Of a DNA stretch of 64,000 nucleotides, positions 27,623 through 40,632 are shown in pieces (position 1 is the stretch's first letter; every line of letters starts with the position of its first letter). Under the pieces are notes generated by a model. The model saw only the letters and a program-made list of their open reading frames with translations, did not search any database and was not told the DNA's origin. The stretch comes from Bacteroidota bacterium. Its GTDB lineage: Bacteria > Bacteroidota > Bacteroidia > NS11-12g > UBA955. The stretch covers positions 200,724-264,723 of the forward strand of contig JAQCBH010000001.1 of the NCBI GenBank assembly GCA_027621365.1, given 5' to 3'. Both the position numbers and the translations under genes were made by a program.

Positions 27623-30600
27623 TTAGGCCTCTTCATCGGCATAGCGAACCGCCATCAAGCGATCGTATTCCTCACGAGAACCTGTCACCACATTTTGGAA
27701 GCGACGCATACCGGTACCAGCAGGAATCAAGTGACCGACGATAACGTTCTCTTTCAAGCCACGCAAATCATCAATCTTACCACTGATAGCCGCCTCGTTC
27801 AATACTTTGGTCGTCTCCTGGAACGATGCAGCACTCATGAAGCTACGAGTACCCAAAGAAGCTTTGGTGATACCTTGCAAGATGGGCGAAGCCGTTGCTG
27901 GTACTGCATCACGGTATTCAACCAAAGCTTTGTCTTGACGACGCAAGGCTGAATTTTCTTGACGCAAGTCCTTCAACGAAACGATTTGACCAGCGTGCAT
28001 CACACAGCTTTCGCCAGCATTGGTTACAAATTTCTTGTCCCAAATCCAATCGTTTTCTTTGATCAACATCCACTTGTCAACTGATTCATTTTCCAAGAAA
28101 CGAGTATCGCCGGGATCGTTGATTTCCATCTTCTGCATCATCTGACGAACAATCACTTCGATGTGCTTGTCGTTGATTTTTACACCTTGCAAACGGTATA
28201 CTTCCTGAATACCATTCAACACATAACGTTGAACAGAAGCAGGTCCTTCGATGCGCAAGATATCTTGAGGAGTGATCGCACCATCAGACAAAGGCTGACC
28301 TGCGCGAACATAATCTCCATCGTGAACCAAGATGTGCTTGGACAAAGGCACTTGGTAGTGCTTCACGTCGCCATCTTTGGAAGTAACAATGATTTCCTGG
28401 TTACCACGCTTCGAAATACCGTAGCTAACAACACCATCAATTTCAGCCACAACAGCAGGGTTTGATGGGTTACGAGCTTCGAACAATTCCGTTACACGAG
28501 GCAGACCACCGGTAATGTCTCGGGTACGAGAAGCAGAACGAGGAATCTTAGCCAAGATATCACCTGCTTTTACTTTGGCGCTATTCTTAGCTACCAAAAT
28601 AGACTTCATAGGCATGTTGAAAATCTTAATCAACTCTTCCTTGCCGTCTTTGCCGATTACCTTGATCATGGGAACCTTGGTCTTATCCTTGCTCTCGGTG
28701 ATGACGTATTCGTACAATCCGGTTTGATCATCGCCTTCTTCGCGCATGTTCACACCTTCAATGATGTTTTCAAATTCGACCTTTCCGTCGATGTCGGAAA
28801 TGATCAAGGTGTTAAATGGATCCCAAGTACACAAAATATCGCCTTTCTTGGCCTTGTCACCTTCTTTCACCATCAAATGCGCACCGTAAGGAACGTTGTA
28901 AGTGGTGATGATGGTTTTGGCTTTGAGGTCCAAAATGCGAACCTCGCCGCTGCGGCCCAATACGATATCTGTCTTAACGGTCTCACCCTCATCGTTGGTT
29001 ACCTCTTTGGTAACGGTACGAATGCCGTCGAACGCTACAACACCGTCATACTTGGTTTCCAAGGTATTTTCAGCGGCAATGTTCAAGGCTGTACCACCCG
29101 TGTGGAAGGTACGAAGGGTCAACTGAGTTCCAGGTTCACCGATTGACTGTGCAGCGATTACACCCACAGCTTCACCCGCTTGAACCATTCTACCAGAGGC
29201 CAAGTTACGGCCGTAGCACTTGGAACAAACGCCGCCTTGAGTTTCACAAGTCAATACAGAGCGAATTTCTACTTCTTCTACTCCGGCATCTTCAATGGCC
29301 TGAGCGATTTCTTCGGTCAATTCTTCACCAGCCTTGGCGAGAACTTCTCCGTTATCAGGATGAATGACATCATCAACTGAGGTACGACCCAAGATACGCT
29401 CATACAAAGATTCTGTTACCTCATCGTTGTTCAAGATGGGCTGCATGGTGATACCACGCAAGGTTCCGCAATCTTCTTCAACGATAACCACGTCTTGAGC
29501 TACGTCGTGCAAACGACGAGTCAAGTAACCTGCGTCAGCCGTTTTCAAAGCTGTATCCGCAAGACCCTTACGAGCACCGTGAGTAGATACGAAGTATTCC
29601 AATACGTTCAAACCTTCTTTGAAGTTTGAAATAATTGGGTTTTCAATGGTATCTCCAGAACCACCGCCAATGTTCTTTTGGGGCTTGGCCATCAGACCAC
29701 GCATACCGCCGAGCTGACGAATCTGTTCTTTTGAACCACGAGCACCAGAATCCAACATCATGTAAATGGGGTTGAAACCTTGGTCGTCCTTCTGAAGGCG
29801 ATCGAACAATACACGAGCCAACTGGTTATTGACGCGTGTCCACAAGTCAATCACCTGGTTGTAACGCTCGTTGTTGGTAATGAAGCCCATGTCAGCGTTC
29901 GACTGAATTTCGCGAACTTCTTCCATGGCCTTGGCAATCATTTCATCCTTTTCAACAGGGATTTCTACGTTGCTCAAGTTAAAGCTCAATCCACCTTTGA
30001 AAGCGTATTGGAATCCAATGTCCTTGATGTCATCCAAAAACTGAGCAGCGCGAGCCACACCAGCGACGCGAATCACTTGGGTAATGATGTCACGCAAATT
30101 CTTCTTCTTGAGAACCTCATTGACATAGCCGACCTCGGTGGGAACCACTTGGTTGAAGATGACACGGCCTACGGTCGTATCAATGACTTTTTCTTTCAAT
30201 TCACCCGCTTCAAGAACCGTCACTTTGCACTTGATAGGAGCGTGCAATTCAACACGACCTTCGTTCAAAGCGACCTGTACTTCTTCAGCACCGTAGAAAG
30301 TCAAGCCTTCACCTTTAACAGGATGCTCTTTGGTTCCTTTACGCTCTTTCGAGATGTAGTAAAGACCCAAGATCATATCCTGAGAAGGAACGGTAACAGG
30401 AGCACCGTTAGCAGGGTTCAAAATGTTGTGCGAAGCCAACATCAACAACTGAGCCTCAGCGACAGCGGCGTTGCCCAAAGGCACGTGAACAGCCATCTGG
30501 TCACCGTCAAAGTCAGCGTTGAAACCGCTACACACCAAAGGATGCAATTGAATGGCCTTGCCTTCAACCAACTTGGGTTGGAAAGCCTGAATACCCAAAC

Positions 30601-31930
30601 GGTGCAGTGTTGGAGCACGGTTAAGCAATACAGGGTGACCCTTCAATATGTTCTCCAGAATATCCCAAATCACGGGATCTTTCTTTTCGACAATTTTCTT
30701 TGCCGTTTTTACGGTCTTGACGATGCCTCTTTCGATCAACTTGCGAATGATGAATGGCTTGAACAATTCAGCTGCCATGTTCTTAGGCAAACCACACTCG
30801 TTCAATTTGAGCGTAGGTCCAACCACAATAACAGAACGACCCGAATAGTCAACACGCTTACCCAGCAAGTTTTGACGGAAACGACCTTGCTTTCCTTTGA
30901 GCATATCACTCAATGACTTCAAAGGACGGTTTCCTTCACTCTTAACTGCGCTGGCACGACGAGTGTTGTCCAACAAGGAATCAACAGCCTCCTGCAACAT
31001 GCGCTTCTCGTTGCGCAAAATCACTTCAGGAGCCTTGATCTCAACCAAACGCTTCAATCGGTTGTTGCGAATGATCACACGACGATACAAATCGTTCAAG
31101 TCAGAGGTTGCAAAGCGACCACCTTCCAAGGGCACCAATGGGCGCAACTCGGGAGGAATAACAGGCAACATCTTCATGATCATCCACTCAGGGCGGTTTT
31201 CACCAGACTTCTGAGCCGAACGGAAACCTTCGATTACCTTCAAGCGCTTCAAAGCTTCTTGCTTGCGCTGCTGAGAAGTCTCAGTAGCTGCGGCAATACG
31301 CAAATCATAGCTCAATTTGTCAAGGTCGATGCGCTGAAGCAACATCTCCAATCCTTCGGCACCCATCTTAGCGATGAACTTGTTGGGATCAGAATCTTCC
31401 AACATTTGGTTTTCGCGTGGAAGCGAATCCAAGATGTCCAAATACTCCTCTTCGGTCAACAGATCCAGCTGATTAGCTGATTCTGCGATACCCGATTGGA
31501 TCACAACATAGCGCTCATAATAGATGACCATGTCCAACTTCTTGGTGGGGATACCCAACAAGTAGCCGATTTTGTTTGGCAAGGAACGGAAGTACCAGAT
31601 GTGCGCGACGGGGACCACCAAATTGATGTGACCCATGCGCTCGCGGCGAACCTTCTTTTCGGTTACCTCAACACCACAACGGTCACAAACGATTCCTTTG
31701 TAGCGAATACGCTTGTACTTGCCGCAATGGCATTCATAATCCTTAATGGGGCCGAAAATGCGTTCGCAAAACAGACCACCCATTTCAGGTTTGTAACTGC
31801 GGTAGTTGATGGTTTCAGGCTTTACAACCTCACCATAACTGCGGCGCAGAATATTCTCAGGGGAAGCCAACGAGATGCGAATCTTGCTGAAATTGCTTCC
31901 GATTTTTTGTGTTTTTTTCTGGAGTTGCAT
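27623..31930 (-). CDS. rpoC: RNA polymerase beta' subunit
   Basis: [11 protein letters not shown] catalytic motif, GEPGTQLT, Zn-finger Cys. Confidence 0.99.
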   Translation of the reverse strand: MQLQKKTQKIGSNFSKIRISLASPENILRRSYGEVVKPETINYRSYKPEMGGLFCERIFGPIKDYECHCGKYKRIRYKGIVCDRCGVEVTEKKVRRERMGHINLVVPVAHIWYFRSLPNKIGYLLGIPTKKLDMVIYYERYVVIQSGIAESANQLDLLTEEEYLDILDSLPRENQMLEDSDPNKFIAKMGAEGLEMLLQRIDLDKLSYDLRIAAATETSQQRKQEALKRLKVIEGFRSAQKSGENRPEWMIMKMLPVIPPELRPLVPLEGGRFATSDLNDLYRRVIIRNNRLKRLVEIKAPEVILRNEKRMLQEAVDSLLDNTRRASAVKSEGNRPLKSLSDMLKGKQGRFRQNLLGKRVDYSGRSVIVVGPTLKLNECGLPKNMAAELFKPFIIRKLIERGIVKTVKTAKKIVEKKDPVIWDILENILKGHPVLLNRAPTLHRLGIQAFQPKLVEGKAIQLHPLVCSGFNADFDGDQMAVHVPLGNAAVAEAQLLMLASHNILNPANGAPVTVPSQDMILGLYYISKERKGTKEHPVKGEGLTFYGAEEVQVALNEGRVELHAPIKCKVTVLEAGELKEKVIDTTVGRVIFNQVVPTEVGYVNEVLKKKNLRDIITQVIRVAGVARAAQFLDDIKDIGFQYAFKGGLSFNLSNVEIPVEKDEMIAKAMEEVREIQSNADMGFITNNERYNQVIDLWTRVNNQLARVLFDRLQKDDQGFNPIYMMLDSGARGSKEQIRQLGGMRGLMAKPQKNIGGGSGDTIENPIISNFKEGLNVLEYFVSTHGARKGLADTALKTADAGYLTRRLHDVAQDVVIVEEDCGTLRGITMQPILNNDEVTESLYERILGRTSVDDVIHPDNGEVLAKAGEELTEEIAQAIEDAGVEEVEIRSVLTCETQGGVCSKCYGRNLASGRMVQAGEAVGVIAAQSIGEPGTQLTLRTFHTGGTALNIAAENTLETKYDGVVAFDGIRTVTKEVTNDEGETVKTDIVLGRSGEVRILDLKAKTIITTYNVPYGAHLMVKEGDKAKKGDILCTWDPFNTLIISDIDGKVEFENIIEGVNMREEGDDQTGLYEYVITESKDKTKVPMIKVIGKDGKEELIKIFNMPMKSILVAKNSAKVKAGDILAKIPRSASRTRDITGGLPRVTELFEARNPSNPAVVAEIDGVVSYGISKRGNQEIIVTSKDGDVKHYQVPLSKHILVHDGDYVRAGQPLSDGAITPQDILRIEGPASVQRYVLNGIQEVYRLQGVKINDKHIEVIVRQMMQKMEINDPGDTRFLENESVDKWMLIKENDWIWDKKFVTNAGESCVMHAGQIVSLKDLRQENSALRRQDKALVEYRDAVPATASPILQGITKASLGTRSFMSAASFQETTKVLNEAAISGKIDDLRGLKENVIVGHLIPAGTGMRRFQNVVTGSREEYDRLMAVRYADEEA

Positions 31931-31945
31931 CAGATACTTATAGCA

Positions 31946-34900
31946 TTAATCCATGAACGTTACTTCCAAGCCCAAGCCACGGAGCTCGTGTAACAAAACG
32001 TTAAATGATTCAGGCGTTCCAACTTGGCTGATGTTGTCACCCTTAACGATGGCCTCGTAAGCCTTGGCACGGCCTGCGATATCGTCAGATTTGATGGTCA
32101 AGATCTCGCGCAAGATGTTCGAAGCACCGAATGCTTCCAACGCCCACACTTCCATCTCACCAAAACGCTGACCACCGAACTGAGCTTTACCACCCAAAGG
32201 CTGCTGCGTAATGAGCGAGTACGGACCGATAGAACGAGCGTGCATCTTGTCGTCAACCATGTGACCCAACTTCAGCATGTAGCTCACACCAACTGTGGTA
32301 GGCTGATCGAACTTCTCACCGGTCAAGCCGTTGTTCAAGCGAACCAATCCGTTGGCAGGAATACCAGCTTTAGCCGTGTATTCGTTGATCTCATCCAAGG
32401 TGGCACCATCAAAAATTGGGGTAGCGAATTTCACGCCGAGAGCCTTACCAGCCCATCCCAAGACGGTCTCGTAAATCTGACCCAAGTTCATACGTGAAGG
32501 TACACCCAAGGGGTTCAACACGATGTCCATCGGAGTTCCATCATCCAAGAATGGCATGTCTTCTTCGCGAACGATACGGGCAACAATACCCTTGTTACCG
32601 TGGCGACCTGCCATCTTATCACCCACTTTCAACTTACGCTTGGTGGCCACGTAAACTTTGGCCAACTGCAAAATACCGGTAGGCAATTCGTCACCTACGC
32701 TGATGGAATAATGCTCGCGTTTGAAATTGGTTACCTTTTCGTTGTGAATGTTGATGTAGTTCGTTAATGCGCGAACAACCAAGTTGCTCTTCTCTTCGTC
32801 GGCTGCCCAGTTGTGGTAGTTCAAATTGCTGTAATCCAACGCCAACAAGTTCTTTTGAGTAAACTTGGTTCCTTTTGGAATCAACTCTTCGCTGTACATA
32901 TTGTACACACCTTGGCTGGTTTTGCCGCCAACGATTTGGAACAATTTCTTCACCAACTCGTCCTTCAGCTGATTCAAGTCTTTCTGATGCTCATCTTCCA
33001 ACTTGGCCAAACGGCTCTTGTCGCTGCTGCGAGCATTCTTGTCTTTCTTGGTTTTGCTGAACAACTTCTTGCTGATGACAACACCGGTAGCACCTGGAGG
33101 CGCTTTCAATGAAGCATCTTTGACATCTCCGGCTTTGTCACCGAAGATGGCACGCAACAATTTCTCTTCTGGAGAAGGCTCGGTTTCACCTTTAGGAGTG
33201 ATTTTTCCGATCAAGATATCACCTTCTTTTACTTCGGCACCCACACGAATCAATCCTGAGTCGTCGAGGTTCTTGGTCATTTCTTCTGAAACGTTGGGGA
33301 TATCATTGGTCAGTTCTTCTTCACCGCGCTTGGTGTCGCGAACTTCCAGCTCGTATTCTGTGATGTAGATGGTGGTGAACCAATCTTCTTTTACAACCTT
33401 TTCGGAAATCACGATAGCATCCTCAAAGTTGTAACCTTGCCATGGCATGTAAGCCACCTGCAAGTTGCGACCCAAGGCCAATTCACCGCCCTGAGTAGCG
33501 TAACCTTCACACAACACTTGACCTTTGCTAACCTTATCGCCTTTCTTAACGATAGGGCGCAAGTTGATGCAAGAGTTTTGGTTGGTGCGGCGAAATTTGA
33601 TCAAGCTATAGGTTTTGATATCACCGGTAAAGCTGACCAAATCATCGTCGCTGTTGTGGAAGTAACGAATGCGGATTTCGTTGGCATCTACATAATCAAC
33701 TTCACCATCGCCTTCAGCGTTGATCAAAGAGCGACTGTCACGAGCTACCTTTTCTTCCAGACCCGTACCGACTACGGGAGCCTCGGGGCGAATCAAAGGA
33801 ACGGCCTGACGTTGCATGTTTGAACCCATCAAAGCACGGTTGGCGTCATCGTGTTCCAAGAAAGGAATCATGGATGCTGCAATCGAAACAATCTGGTTAG
33901 GAGCAACGTCCATGTAATCCAACTGGGTAGGCTCCACCAAGGGGAAGTCACCCTCTTTGCGGCTCTTTACTACCTCAGATTTGAAATTACCCGTTTTATC
34001 AAACTCAGCGTTGGCCTGGGCGATGGTCATGCCATCTTCCTCTTCAGCGCTCAAGTAAATGATTTCAGGAGTAACTTTTCCAGAATCGATTTTACGGTAT
34101 GGGGTTTCCAAAAAGCCCATAGAGTTGATCTTCGCGTGAACACACAGAGAAGAAATCAAACCAATGTTGGGACCTTCAGGAGTCTCAATGGTACACAAAC
34201 GACCGTAGTGGGTGTAGTGAACGTCACGAACCTCAAAACCGGCACGTTCGCGGCTCAAACCACCAGGACCAAGAGCACTCAAACGACGCTTGTGAGTGAT
34301 TTCAGCCAAGGGGTTGATTTGATCCAGGAACTGAGACAGCTGGTTGGTTCCAAAGAAACTGTTGATGACTGATGACAAGGTACGGGCATTGACAAGGTCT
34401 TGTGGCGTGAATACCTCGTTATCGCGAATGTTCATTTTTTCGCGAATGGTACGAGCCATACGGGCCAAACCTACTCCGAACTGAGCGTACAACTGTTCGC
34501 CTACGGTGCGCACGCGACGGTTGCTCAAGTGGTCAATATCGTCCAAGATTTCAGATCCATTCACCAATTCAATCAAGTACTTGATGATGGAAATGATGTC
34601 GCCTTTGGTCAAGACCTTCCTGTCCATTCCTTCTTCCAAGCCCAACTTCTTGTTGATGCGGTAGCGACCTACCTCACCCAAGTCGTAACGCTTGTCTGAG
34701 AAGAACAAACGATCAATGATGCCACGAGCAGTTTCCTCATCTGGGGGATCTGCGTTACGCAATTGACGGTAAATAACTTCCAAGGCTTCTTTGCCGTTGT
34801 TGGAAGTATCTTTTTGAAGCGTGTTGTAGATGACATCGTAATCCAAGTCTCCATCTCCTTCGGTAGAAAGAATGATGGTCTTCACATTGGCTTCCAATAT

Positions 34901-35749
34901 CACATCAACGTGTTCGTCTTCAATAACTGTATCACGCTCCAAGATAACCTCGTTGCGCTCAATGCTTACTACCTCACCGGTATCTTCGTCAACAAAATCC
35001 TCGATCCAAGTGCGAAGAACACGTGCGGCCAACTTGCGACCCAACACGCGCTTCAAACCTGCTTTAGAGACCTTGATCTCTTCACTTAAACCAAATATAT
35101 CGAGAATGTCTTTGTCAGCTTCATACCCAATGGCGCGAAGCAAAGTAGTTACAGGGAACTTTTTCTTGCGGTCGATGTACGCGTACATGACAGAGTTCAC
35201 GTCTGTGGCAAATTCAATCCAAGAACCCTTGAAAGGAATGACACGAGCCGAGAACAATTTGGTTCCATTCGAGTGGAAACTCTGACCGAAGAAAACACCG
35301 GGTGAACGGTGCAACTGGCTTACGATGACTCGCTCAGCACCGTTGATGATAAAGGTACCGTTGGGAGACATGTAAGGCAGGGTGCCTAAATACACATCTT
35401 GCACGATGGTTTCAAAATCTTCGTGCTCAGGATCGTTGCAGCTCAAGCGCAACTTCGCCTTCAAAGGAACGGCATAAGTCAGGCCGCGCTCAATGCACTC
35501 CTGGATGGTATAGCGGGGAGGATCAACGAAGTAATCCAAAAACTCCAAGTTGAAGATGTTGCGCGTATCGTTGATCGGGAAGTTTTCACGGAAAACTTTG
35601 AACAAGCCCTCTCCTTCACGTTTGTCGGCAGGTGTCTCCAATTGGAAGAATTCTTGGAATGATTTCAACTGAACATCCAAGAAATCCGGATACTCGATGG
35701 CATGCTGAACCTTGCCGAAAGAGATCCTTTTATGTTGTGTTGTGCTCAA
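31946..35749 (-). CDS. rpoB: RNA polymerase beta subunit (TTG start)
   Basis: [35 protein letters not shown]. Confidence 0.99.
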   Translation of the reverse strand: MSTTQHKRISFGKVQHAIEYPDFLDVQLKSFQEFFQLETPADKREGEGLFKVFRENFPINDTRNIFNLEFLDYFVDPPRYTIQECIERGLTYAVPLKAKLRLSCNDPEHEDFETIVQDVYLGTLPYMSPNGTFIINGAERVIVSQLHRSPGVFFGQSFHSNGTKLFSARVIPFKGSWIEFATDVNSVMYAYIDRKKKFPVTTLLRAIGYEADKDILDIFGLSEEIKVSKAGLKRVLGRKLAARVLRTWIEDFVDEDTGEVVSIERNEVILERDTVIEDEHVDVILEANVKTIILSTEGDGDLDYDVIYNTLQKDTSNNGKEALEVIYRQLRNADPPDEETARGIIDRLFFSDKRYDLGEVGRYRINKKLGLEEGMDRKVLTKGDIISIIKYLIELVNGSEILDDIDHLSNRRVRTVGEQLYAQFGVGLARMARTIREKMNIRDNEVFTPQDLVNARTLSSVINSFFGTNQLSQFLDQINPLAEITHKRRLSALGPGGLSRERAGFEVRDVHYTHYGRLCTIETPEGPNIGLISSLCVHAKINSMGFLETPYRKIDSGKVTPEIIYLSAEEEDGMTIAQANAEFDKTGNFKSEVVKSRKEGDFPLVEPTQLDYMDVAPNQIVSIAASMIPFLEHDDANRALMGSNMQRQAVPLIRPEAPVVGTGLEEKVARDSRSLINAEGDGEVDYVDANEIRIRYFHNSDDDLVSFTGDIKTYSLIKFRRTNQNSCINLRPIVKKGDKVSKGQVLCEGYATQGGELALGRNLQVAYMPWQGYNFEDAIVISEKVVKEDWFTTIYITEYELEVRDTKRGEEELTNDIPNVSEEMTKNLDDSGLIRVGAEVKEGDILIGKITPKGETEPSPEEKLLRAIFGDKAGDVKDASLKAPPGATGVVISKKLFSKTKKDKNARSSDKSRLAKLEDEHQKDLNQLKDELVKKLFQIVGGKTSQGVYNMYSEELIPKGTKFTQKNLLALDYSNLNYHNWAADEEKSNLVVRALTNYINIHNEKVTNFKREHYSISVGDELPTGILQLAKVYVATKRKLKVGDKMAGRHGNKGIVARIVREEDMPFLDDGTPMDIVLNPLGVPSRMNLGQIYETVLGWAGKALGVKFATPIFDGATLDEINEYTAKAGIPANGLVRLNNGLTGEKFDQPTTVGVSYMLKLGHMVDDKMHARSIGPYSLITQQPLGGKAQFGGQRFGEMEVWALEAFGASNILREILTIKSDDIAGRAKAYEAIVKGDNISQVGTPESFNVLLHELRGLGLEVTFMD

Positions 35750-35794
35750 AATGCTTAATAAATTTGGTTAGACAATGGTCTTAGGCTGTCAAAC

Positions 35795-35829
35795 GACCAA
35801 AAGGCCCACGGTTCCCCGGGGCCTTTGTC
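35795..35829 (-). terminator. Hairpin/attenuator between rplL and rpoB
   Basis: Minus strand GACAAAGGCCCCGG-GGAA-CCGTGGGCCTTTTGGTC. Confidence 0.5.
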
Positions 35830-35846
35830 GTTAGTTCTGGGTGGTC

Positions 35847-36227
35847 TTACTTAACTTCAACGTCAGCGCCCGCCTCTTTGAGTTTAGCTGCGATATCTTC
35901 GGCTTCGGCCTTAGAGATCTTTTCTTTAACAGCTTTGGGGGCACCGTCTACCAACTCCTTAGCTTCTTTCAAGCCCAAACCGGTCAAGTCTTTTACAACT
36001 TTAACCACGTTCAACTTGCCAGCACCGGGGTTGGTCAAGATAACGTCGAACTCAGTCTGCTCAGCAGCAGCAGCGCCAGCATCACCGCCAGCGGCGGGAG
36101 CAGCAACAGCAACTGCAGCAGCAGCAGGCTCGATGCCATGTTCTTCTTTGAGGATCTGAGCAAGCTCATTTACCTCTTTTACAGTGAGACTAACCAACTG
36201 ATTCGCGAATTCTTTCAAATCTACCAT
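35847..36227 (-). CDS. rplL: 50S ribosomal protein bL12
   Basis: [21 protein letters not shown]. Confidence 0.98.
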   Translation of the reverse strand: MVDLKEFANQLVSLTVKEVNELAQILKEEHGIEPAAAAVAVAAPAAGGDAGAAAAEQTEFDVILTNPGAGKLNVVKVVKDLTGLGLKEAKELVDGAPKAVKEKISKAEAEDIAAKLKEAGADVEVK

Positions 36228-36266
36228 TGTTATTTAATTTAAGTGTTTTTCTATTGATGGGGTTAA

Positions 36267-36794
36267 TTATGCGCGCTCTTCGAGAGCTTTTACCAAACCT
36301 GCCAATTTCTGGCCGGCGTTCGATTGCAAAGCACTGATGACATTCTTCGCAGGAGATTGGAGCAAACCGATTACGTCGCCAATCAATTCCTCGCGTGTCT
36401 TCAGAGACAACAATTCTTTCAGTTTATCATCGCCAACGAATACACCGTTGTCGATCCAGGCACCTTTCAAAGAAGGCATATCGGCCTTCCCACGGAAATC
36501 AGACAAGGCCTTTGCTGGAGCTTTTTGAACACTAGAGAACATCACACAAGTTGTGCCCTTCAAGGTGTCAAACAAACCCGTAAAGTCCTTACCACATTCT
36601 TCCATGGCAATTTTCAACAAGGTGTTCTTTACCATGCGCATTTCGACTCCATTTTGGAACAACATGCGACGGAAAGAGTTTGTAGCGCCGGCAGACATGC
36701 CGTTAGTATTGGCCAAATAAACGAAGTCGTTTGCCTTCAATTTGTCAACCAATTCAGCTACTTCAGCAGCTTTTTCTAGTTTCGTCATGGCCAT
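36267..36794 (-). CDS. rplJ: 50S ribosomal protein uL10
   Basis: VKNTLLKIA, LLQSPAKNVISAL; operon position. Confidence 0.97.
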   Translation of the reverse strand: MAMTKLEKAAEVAELVDKLKANDFVYLANTNGMSAGATNSFRRMLFQNGVEMRMVKNTLLKIAMEECGKDFTGLFDTLKGTTCVMFSSVQKAPAKALSDFRGKADMPSLKGAWIDNGVFVGDDKLKELLSLKTREELIGDVIGLLQSPAKNVISALQSNAGQKLAGLVKALEERA

Positions 36795-36797
36795 GGC

Positions 36798-37493
36798 TTA
36801 GATTCCTTGTATTGATTTAATGTCAACATTTACAGAGGGGCTCATGGTGCTGCTCAAGAAGATGCTCTTGAAATACGTACCTTTTGCCGCGCTGGGCTTC
36901 AAACGATGCAAGGTTTGAACCAACTCCAATGCGTTTTCACTCAATTTGTCTGCGTCAAAGGAAACCTTTCCTACAGATGTGTGGATGATACCGGTTTTAT
37001 CAACTTTAAAGTCAATTTTACCTGCTTTAACCTCTGTTACAGCTTTGCCCACTTCCAAAGTAACGGTACCGCTCTTAGGGTTAGGCATCAAGTTACGAGG
37101 ACCCAAGATTTTACCCAAACGACCCAACTTTGCCATAACTGCAGGAACAGCAATGATGATATCGATGTCCGTCCAACCTGAGGCTATTTTATCGATGTAT
37201 TCATCCAAACCAACATGATCGGCACCTGCTGCTTTAGCTTCTTCCTCCTTATCAGGAGTACACAAAACCAGAGTGCGAACGGTTTTACCCAAACCATGGG
37301 GCAATGAAGCCACACCGCGAACCATTTGATTGGCTTGGCGGGGGTCTACACCCAAACGCACGTCAATGTCTACAGAGCTGTCGAACTTGGTGCTTGAAAT
37401 GGTCTTCAAAACCTCACAAGCTTCCAACAGCGTATAGGACTTAGTATTGTCGTACTTGGAAAGCGCTTCTTTTCTTTTCTTACCAACTTTCAT
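36798..37493 (-). CDS. rplA: 50S ribosomal protein uL1
   Basis: [27 protein letters not shown]. Confidence 0.98.
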   Translation of the reverse strand: MKVGKKRKEALSKYDNTKSYTLLEACEVLKTISSTKFDSSVDIDVRLGVDPRQANQMVRGVASLPHGLGKTVRTLVLCTPDKEEEAKAAGADHVGLDEYIDKIASGWTDIDIIIAVPAVMAKLGRLGKILGPRNLMPNPKSGTVTLEVGKAVTEVKAGKIDFKVDKTGIIHTSVGKVSFDADKLSENALELVQTLHRLKPSAAKGTYFKSIFLSSTMSPSVNVDIKSIQGI

Positions 37494-37504
37494 ATTTCCG
37501 AGAA

Positions 37505-37942
37505 TTAAAATGGTGAATCACCTACCACATTCACACCCATGCTTCGAGCCGTTCCGGCCACCATTTTCATGGCAGACTCAACGGTAAAGCAATTCAAATC
37601 AGGCATTTTAGCCTCTGCGATGGTGCGCACTTGATCCCATGAAATGGAACCGACTTTTTTGCGGTTAGATTCAGCCGAACCTTGTTTGATCTTGGTTGCT
37701 TCCAAAATCTGTACTGCCACTGGAGGAGTTTTGATGATAAAATCGAACGATTTATCGGAATAAACCGTGATCACCACCGGCAACACCTTACCCATCTGGT
37801 CTTGTGTACGAGCGTTGAATTGTTTGCAAAAGTCCATGATATTGACCCCTTTTGCACCTAGTGCGGGACCAATTGGAGGTGCGGGGTTAGCCGTACCACC
37901 TTTTACTTGGAGCTTTACAAAACCTGATACTTCTTTTGCCAT
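37505..37942 (-). CDS. rplK: 50S ribosomal protein uL11
   Basis: [28 protein letters not shown]. Confidence 0.98.
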   Translation of the reverse strand: MAKEVSGFVKLQVKGGTANPAPPIGPALGAKGVNIMDFCKQFNARTQDQMGKVLPVVITVYSDKSFDFIIKTPPVAVQILEATKIKQGSAESNRKKVGSISWDQVRTIAEAKMPDLNCFTVESAMKMVAGTARSMGVNVVGDSPF

Positions 37943-37954
37943 TATACTGTTACG

Positions 37955-38509
37955 TTACAATTTTTGTACTTGGTTGTAATTGAGTTCAAGCGGAGTGCGG
38001 CGACCGAAAATTTTCACCATCACCTTCAACTTGCGCTTTTCCTCATTCACTTCTTCGATGACCCCATCAAATTCATTGAAAGGACCATCAATGACCTTCA
38101 CCGCTTCTCCAACTAGGTAATGCTCTTCAGAGCCTACTTCTGCCTCGCTCAATTCGTCGGCTGTGCCTAAGATACGAGTCAATTCGTTGGGACGGAGGGG
38201 GACGGGTTGGTCTTTAGAACCCAAAAAACCCACAACGCCAGAGACGCTGCGAATCAAGGGCATGATTTCAGGGTCAGAAAAATCAGCATTGATCAAAATG
38301 TAACCTGGGAACGCGTTGCGCTCCTTGATTACCTTTTTGCCGTTTTTCACCTGATATACCTTTTCGGTCGGAATGAGGATTTCAGGAACATAGTCCAACT
38401 TGCCGTCGCGCTCTAGCTCAACTTCAATGTTGTGCTTTACCTTCTTTTCTTGACCGGTAATTGCACGAACTACGTACCACTTATGTCTCTCTTCTGCCGG
38501 GGTTGTCAT
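37955..38509 (-). CDS. nusG: Transcription factor NusG
   Basis: WYVVR..GQEKKV, FPGYIL, KOW DGPF, IFGRRTPLEL. Confidence 0.97.
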   Translation of the reverse strand: MTTPAEERHKWYVVRAITGQEKKVKHNIEVELERDGKLDYVPEILIPTEKVYQVKNGKKVIKERNAFPGYILINADFSDPEIMPLIRSVSGVVGFLGSKDQPVPLRPNELTRILGTADELSEAEVGSEEHYLVGEAVKVIDGPFNEFDGVIEEVNEEKRKLKVMVKIFGRRTPLELNYNQVQKL

Positions 38510-38513
38510 AGGA

Positions 38514-38711
38514 TTAATTAAAAAGTTTGTAGAACTGGGTCAATACAGTACCCAGACCAGAGTCCATACCCCAAATGATCAGTGCCAGGATGATTGATGC
38601 CACAATCACAATCCAGGTACTCTCACGGAGTTCAGCCCAAGTAGGCCAAGAAACCTTGTTTACCAACTCGTCCTTGGTCTCTTGAAAGTAATTTGATAGT
38701 CTACCAAACAT
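38514..38711 (-). CDS. secE: Preprotein translocase SecE
   Basis: ELVNKVSWPTWAEL plus a single TM. Confidence 0.95.
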   Translation of the reverse strand: MFGRLSNYFQETKDELVNKVSWPTWAELRESTWIVIVASIILALIIWGMDSGLGTVLTQFYKLFN

Positions 38712-38725
38712 CGCGCTTTTATTAG

Positions 38726-38796
38726 CACGGGCACAAGGATTCGAACCCTGATCAACGGTTTTGGAGACCGCTATTCTACCATTGAACTATGCCCGT
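38726..38796 (-). tRNA. tRNA-Trp (CCA)
   Basis: ACGGGCA acceptor stem, CTCCAAA anticodon loop, GGTTCGAATCC. Confidence 0.95.
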
Positions 38797-38844
38797 AAGA
38801 AAGGAGAGGCGCGAAGCCCCTCCCCTCATATATAGCTTATGCTA

Positions 38845-40029
38845 TTATTCAATAATCTCAGTTACCTGACCAGCACCTACGGTACGACCACCCTCACGGA
38901 TAGCGAAACGCAAGTTCTTCTCCAAAGCGATAGGCTGAATCAGCTCTACAGTGATGGAGATGTTATCACCAGGCATAACCATTTCAGTACCCTCGGGCAA
39001 GGTGATTTCACCTGTTACGTCAGTGGTACGGAAATAGAACTGGGGACGGTACTTCTGGAAGAATGGAGTGTGACGTCCACCTTCTTCTTTGCTCAATACG
39101 TAAACCTCAGCTTTGAATTTCTTGTGAGGCTTAACAGAACCGGGCTTACAGATAACCATACCACGACGAATTTCCGTCTTGTCGATACCGCGGAGCAACA
39201 AACCAGCGTTGTCACCAGCTTCACCACGATCCAACAACTTACGGAACATCTCAACACCGGTACAAGTAGAAGTCAATTTGGCACCGAAGCCCAACAATTC
39301 TACAGGATCACCTACGTTGATCACACCGCGCTCGATACGACCGGTAGCTACAGTACCACGACCAGTGATGGAGAACACGTCCTCGATAGGCATCAAGAAA
39401 GGCTGATCAACCAAACGGGGAGGAACAGGAATCCACTCGTCAACGGCATTCATCAACTCCATGATGGTAGCAGACCACTTAGCATCACCGTTCAATCCAC
39501 CCAAGGCAGAACCACGGATGATGGGAGTGTTGTCAGAATCGAATTCATAGAAGTCCAACAATTCGCGGATTTCCATTTCAACCAAATCCAACAATTCAGG
39601 ATCGTCTACCATGTCAACTTTGTTCATGAATACTACCAAACGAGGTACACCAACCTGACGAGCCAACAAGATGTGTTCGCGAGTCTGAGGCATAGGACCA
39701 TCAGTTGAAGCTACTACCAAGATAGCACCGTCCATTTGAGCAGCACCTGTTACCATGTTCTTCACATAGTCAGCGTGACCTGGACAATCCACGTGAGCGT
39801 AGTGACGGTTAGCCGTCTGGTACTCAACGTGAGCTGTGTTGATGGTGATACCACGCTCTTTTTCCTCTGGAGCAGAGTCAATAGAGTCGAATGATTTTTT
39901 CTCTGAAAGACCAGCCTCGGCCAATACAGTAGTGATTGCCGCAGTCAAAGTGGTCTTACCGTGGTCAACGTGACCAATGGTACCAATGTTCAAGTGCGGC
40001 TTGGAACGGTCAAATGATTCTTTTGCCAT
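38845..40029 (-). CDS. tuf: Elongation factor Tu
   Basis: [29 protein letters not shown]. Confidence 0.99.
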   Translation of the reverse strand: MAKESFDRSKPHLNIGTIGHVDHGKTTLTAAITTVLAEAGLSEKKSFDSIDSAPEEKERGITINTAHVEYQTANRHYAHVDCPGHADYVKNMVTGAAQMDGAILVVASTDGPMPQTREHILLARQVGVPRLVVFMNKVDMVDDPELLDLVEMEIRELLDFYEFDSDNTPIIRGSALGGLNGDAKWSATIMELMNAVDEWIPVPPRLVDQPFLMPIEDVFSITGRGTVATGRIERGVINVGDPVELLGFGAKLTSTCTGVEMFRKLLDRGEAGDNAGLLLRGIDKTEIRRGMVICKPGSVKPHKKFKAEVYVLSKEEGGRHTPFFQKYRPQFYFRTTDVTGEITLPEGTEMVMPGDNISITVELIQPIALEKNLRFAIREGGRTVGAGQVTEIIE

Positions 40030-40057
40030 AATTGTGTGTGTTGTGTTTTTGTTTTTG

Positions 40058-40129
40058 AGCCAATGAGGGGAATTGAACCCCTGACCTTTTCCTTACCAAG
40101 GAAACGCTCTACCCCTGAGCTACATCGGC
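40058..40129 (-). tRNA. tRNA-Thr (GGT)
   Basis: GCCGATG acceptor stem, TTGGTAA loop, GGTTCAATTCC. Confidence 0.95.
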
Positions 40130-40174
40130 TGTCATGAATCAACGTGCGACAACATAACACCCGATGATTCATCG

Positions 40175-40247
40175 AGCGGGAGACGAGGCTCGAACCCGCG
40201 ACCTACAGCTTGGAAGGCTGTCGCTCTACCAACTGAGCTACTCCCGC
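40175..40247 (-). tRNA. tRNA-Gly (TCC)
   Basis: GCGGGAG acceptor stem, CTTCCAA loop, GGTTCGAGCC. Confidence 0.95.
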
Positions 40248-40268
40248 AAAAAGTACGATAATGTGTAG

Positions 40269-40351
40269 TGGGGAAAGAAGGATTCGAACCTCCGAAGGCA
40301 TAAGCCAGCAGATTTACAGTCTGCCCCATTTGGCCACTCTGGTATTTCCCC
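40269..40351 (-). tRNA. tRNA-Tyr (GTA)
   Basis: GGGGAAA acceptor stem, CTGTAAA loop, long variable arm. Confidence 0.95.
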
Positions 40352-40400
40352 ATTAGAATGCAATAAATTGACATTCAATGTGATACACTATCGTACACGG

Positions 40401-40473
<73 letters not shown>

Positions 40474-40527
40474 CTTGAGAAAGAACGTTCGAATGTCTCC
40501 CGAAGGCTACATTCCCAAAAAGGACTG

Positions 40528-40535
40528 CAAAAATA
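40528..40535 (-). promoter_or_regulatory. -7 promoter element of the tRNA-tuf operon
   Basis: Minus strand TATTTTTG; the leader holds a cUUCGg hairpin GAATGTAGCC-TTCG-GGAGACATTC. Confidence 0.6.
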
Positions 40536-40632
40536 CAGAAGTTGGGGACATAATCAAAGCCATTTTCATTTTTTTCATCAAATTCTCAAGCGGGTCTCCG
40601 AGGCCTCAAAATGCCTTTAAATTTGCCCGTTC

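Noticed and set aside
27623-35749. Inteins or unusual insertions in rpoB/rpoC
   Set aside because: Lengths (1267 and 1435 aa) are ordinary for Bacteroidota and no intein motifs were seen.
36055-36130. GCA-type trinucleotide repeats
   Set aside because: They encode the Ala-rich hinge of bL12, not a contingency repeat.
27623-40029. Long antisense ORFs opposite rpoC, rpoB and tuf (e.g. 29780-30916, 38839-39708)
   Set aside because: Shadow ORFs produced by codon bias of highly expressed genes; no recognisable motifs.
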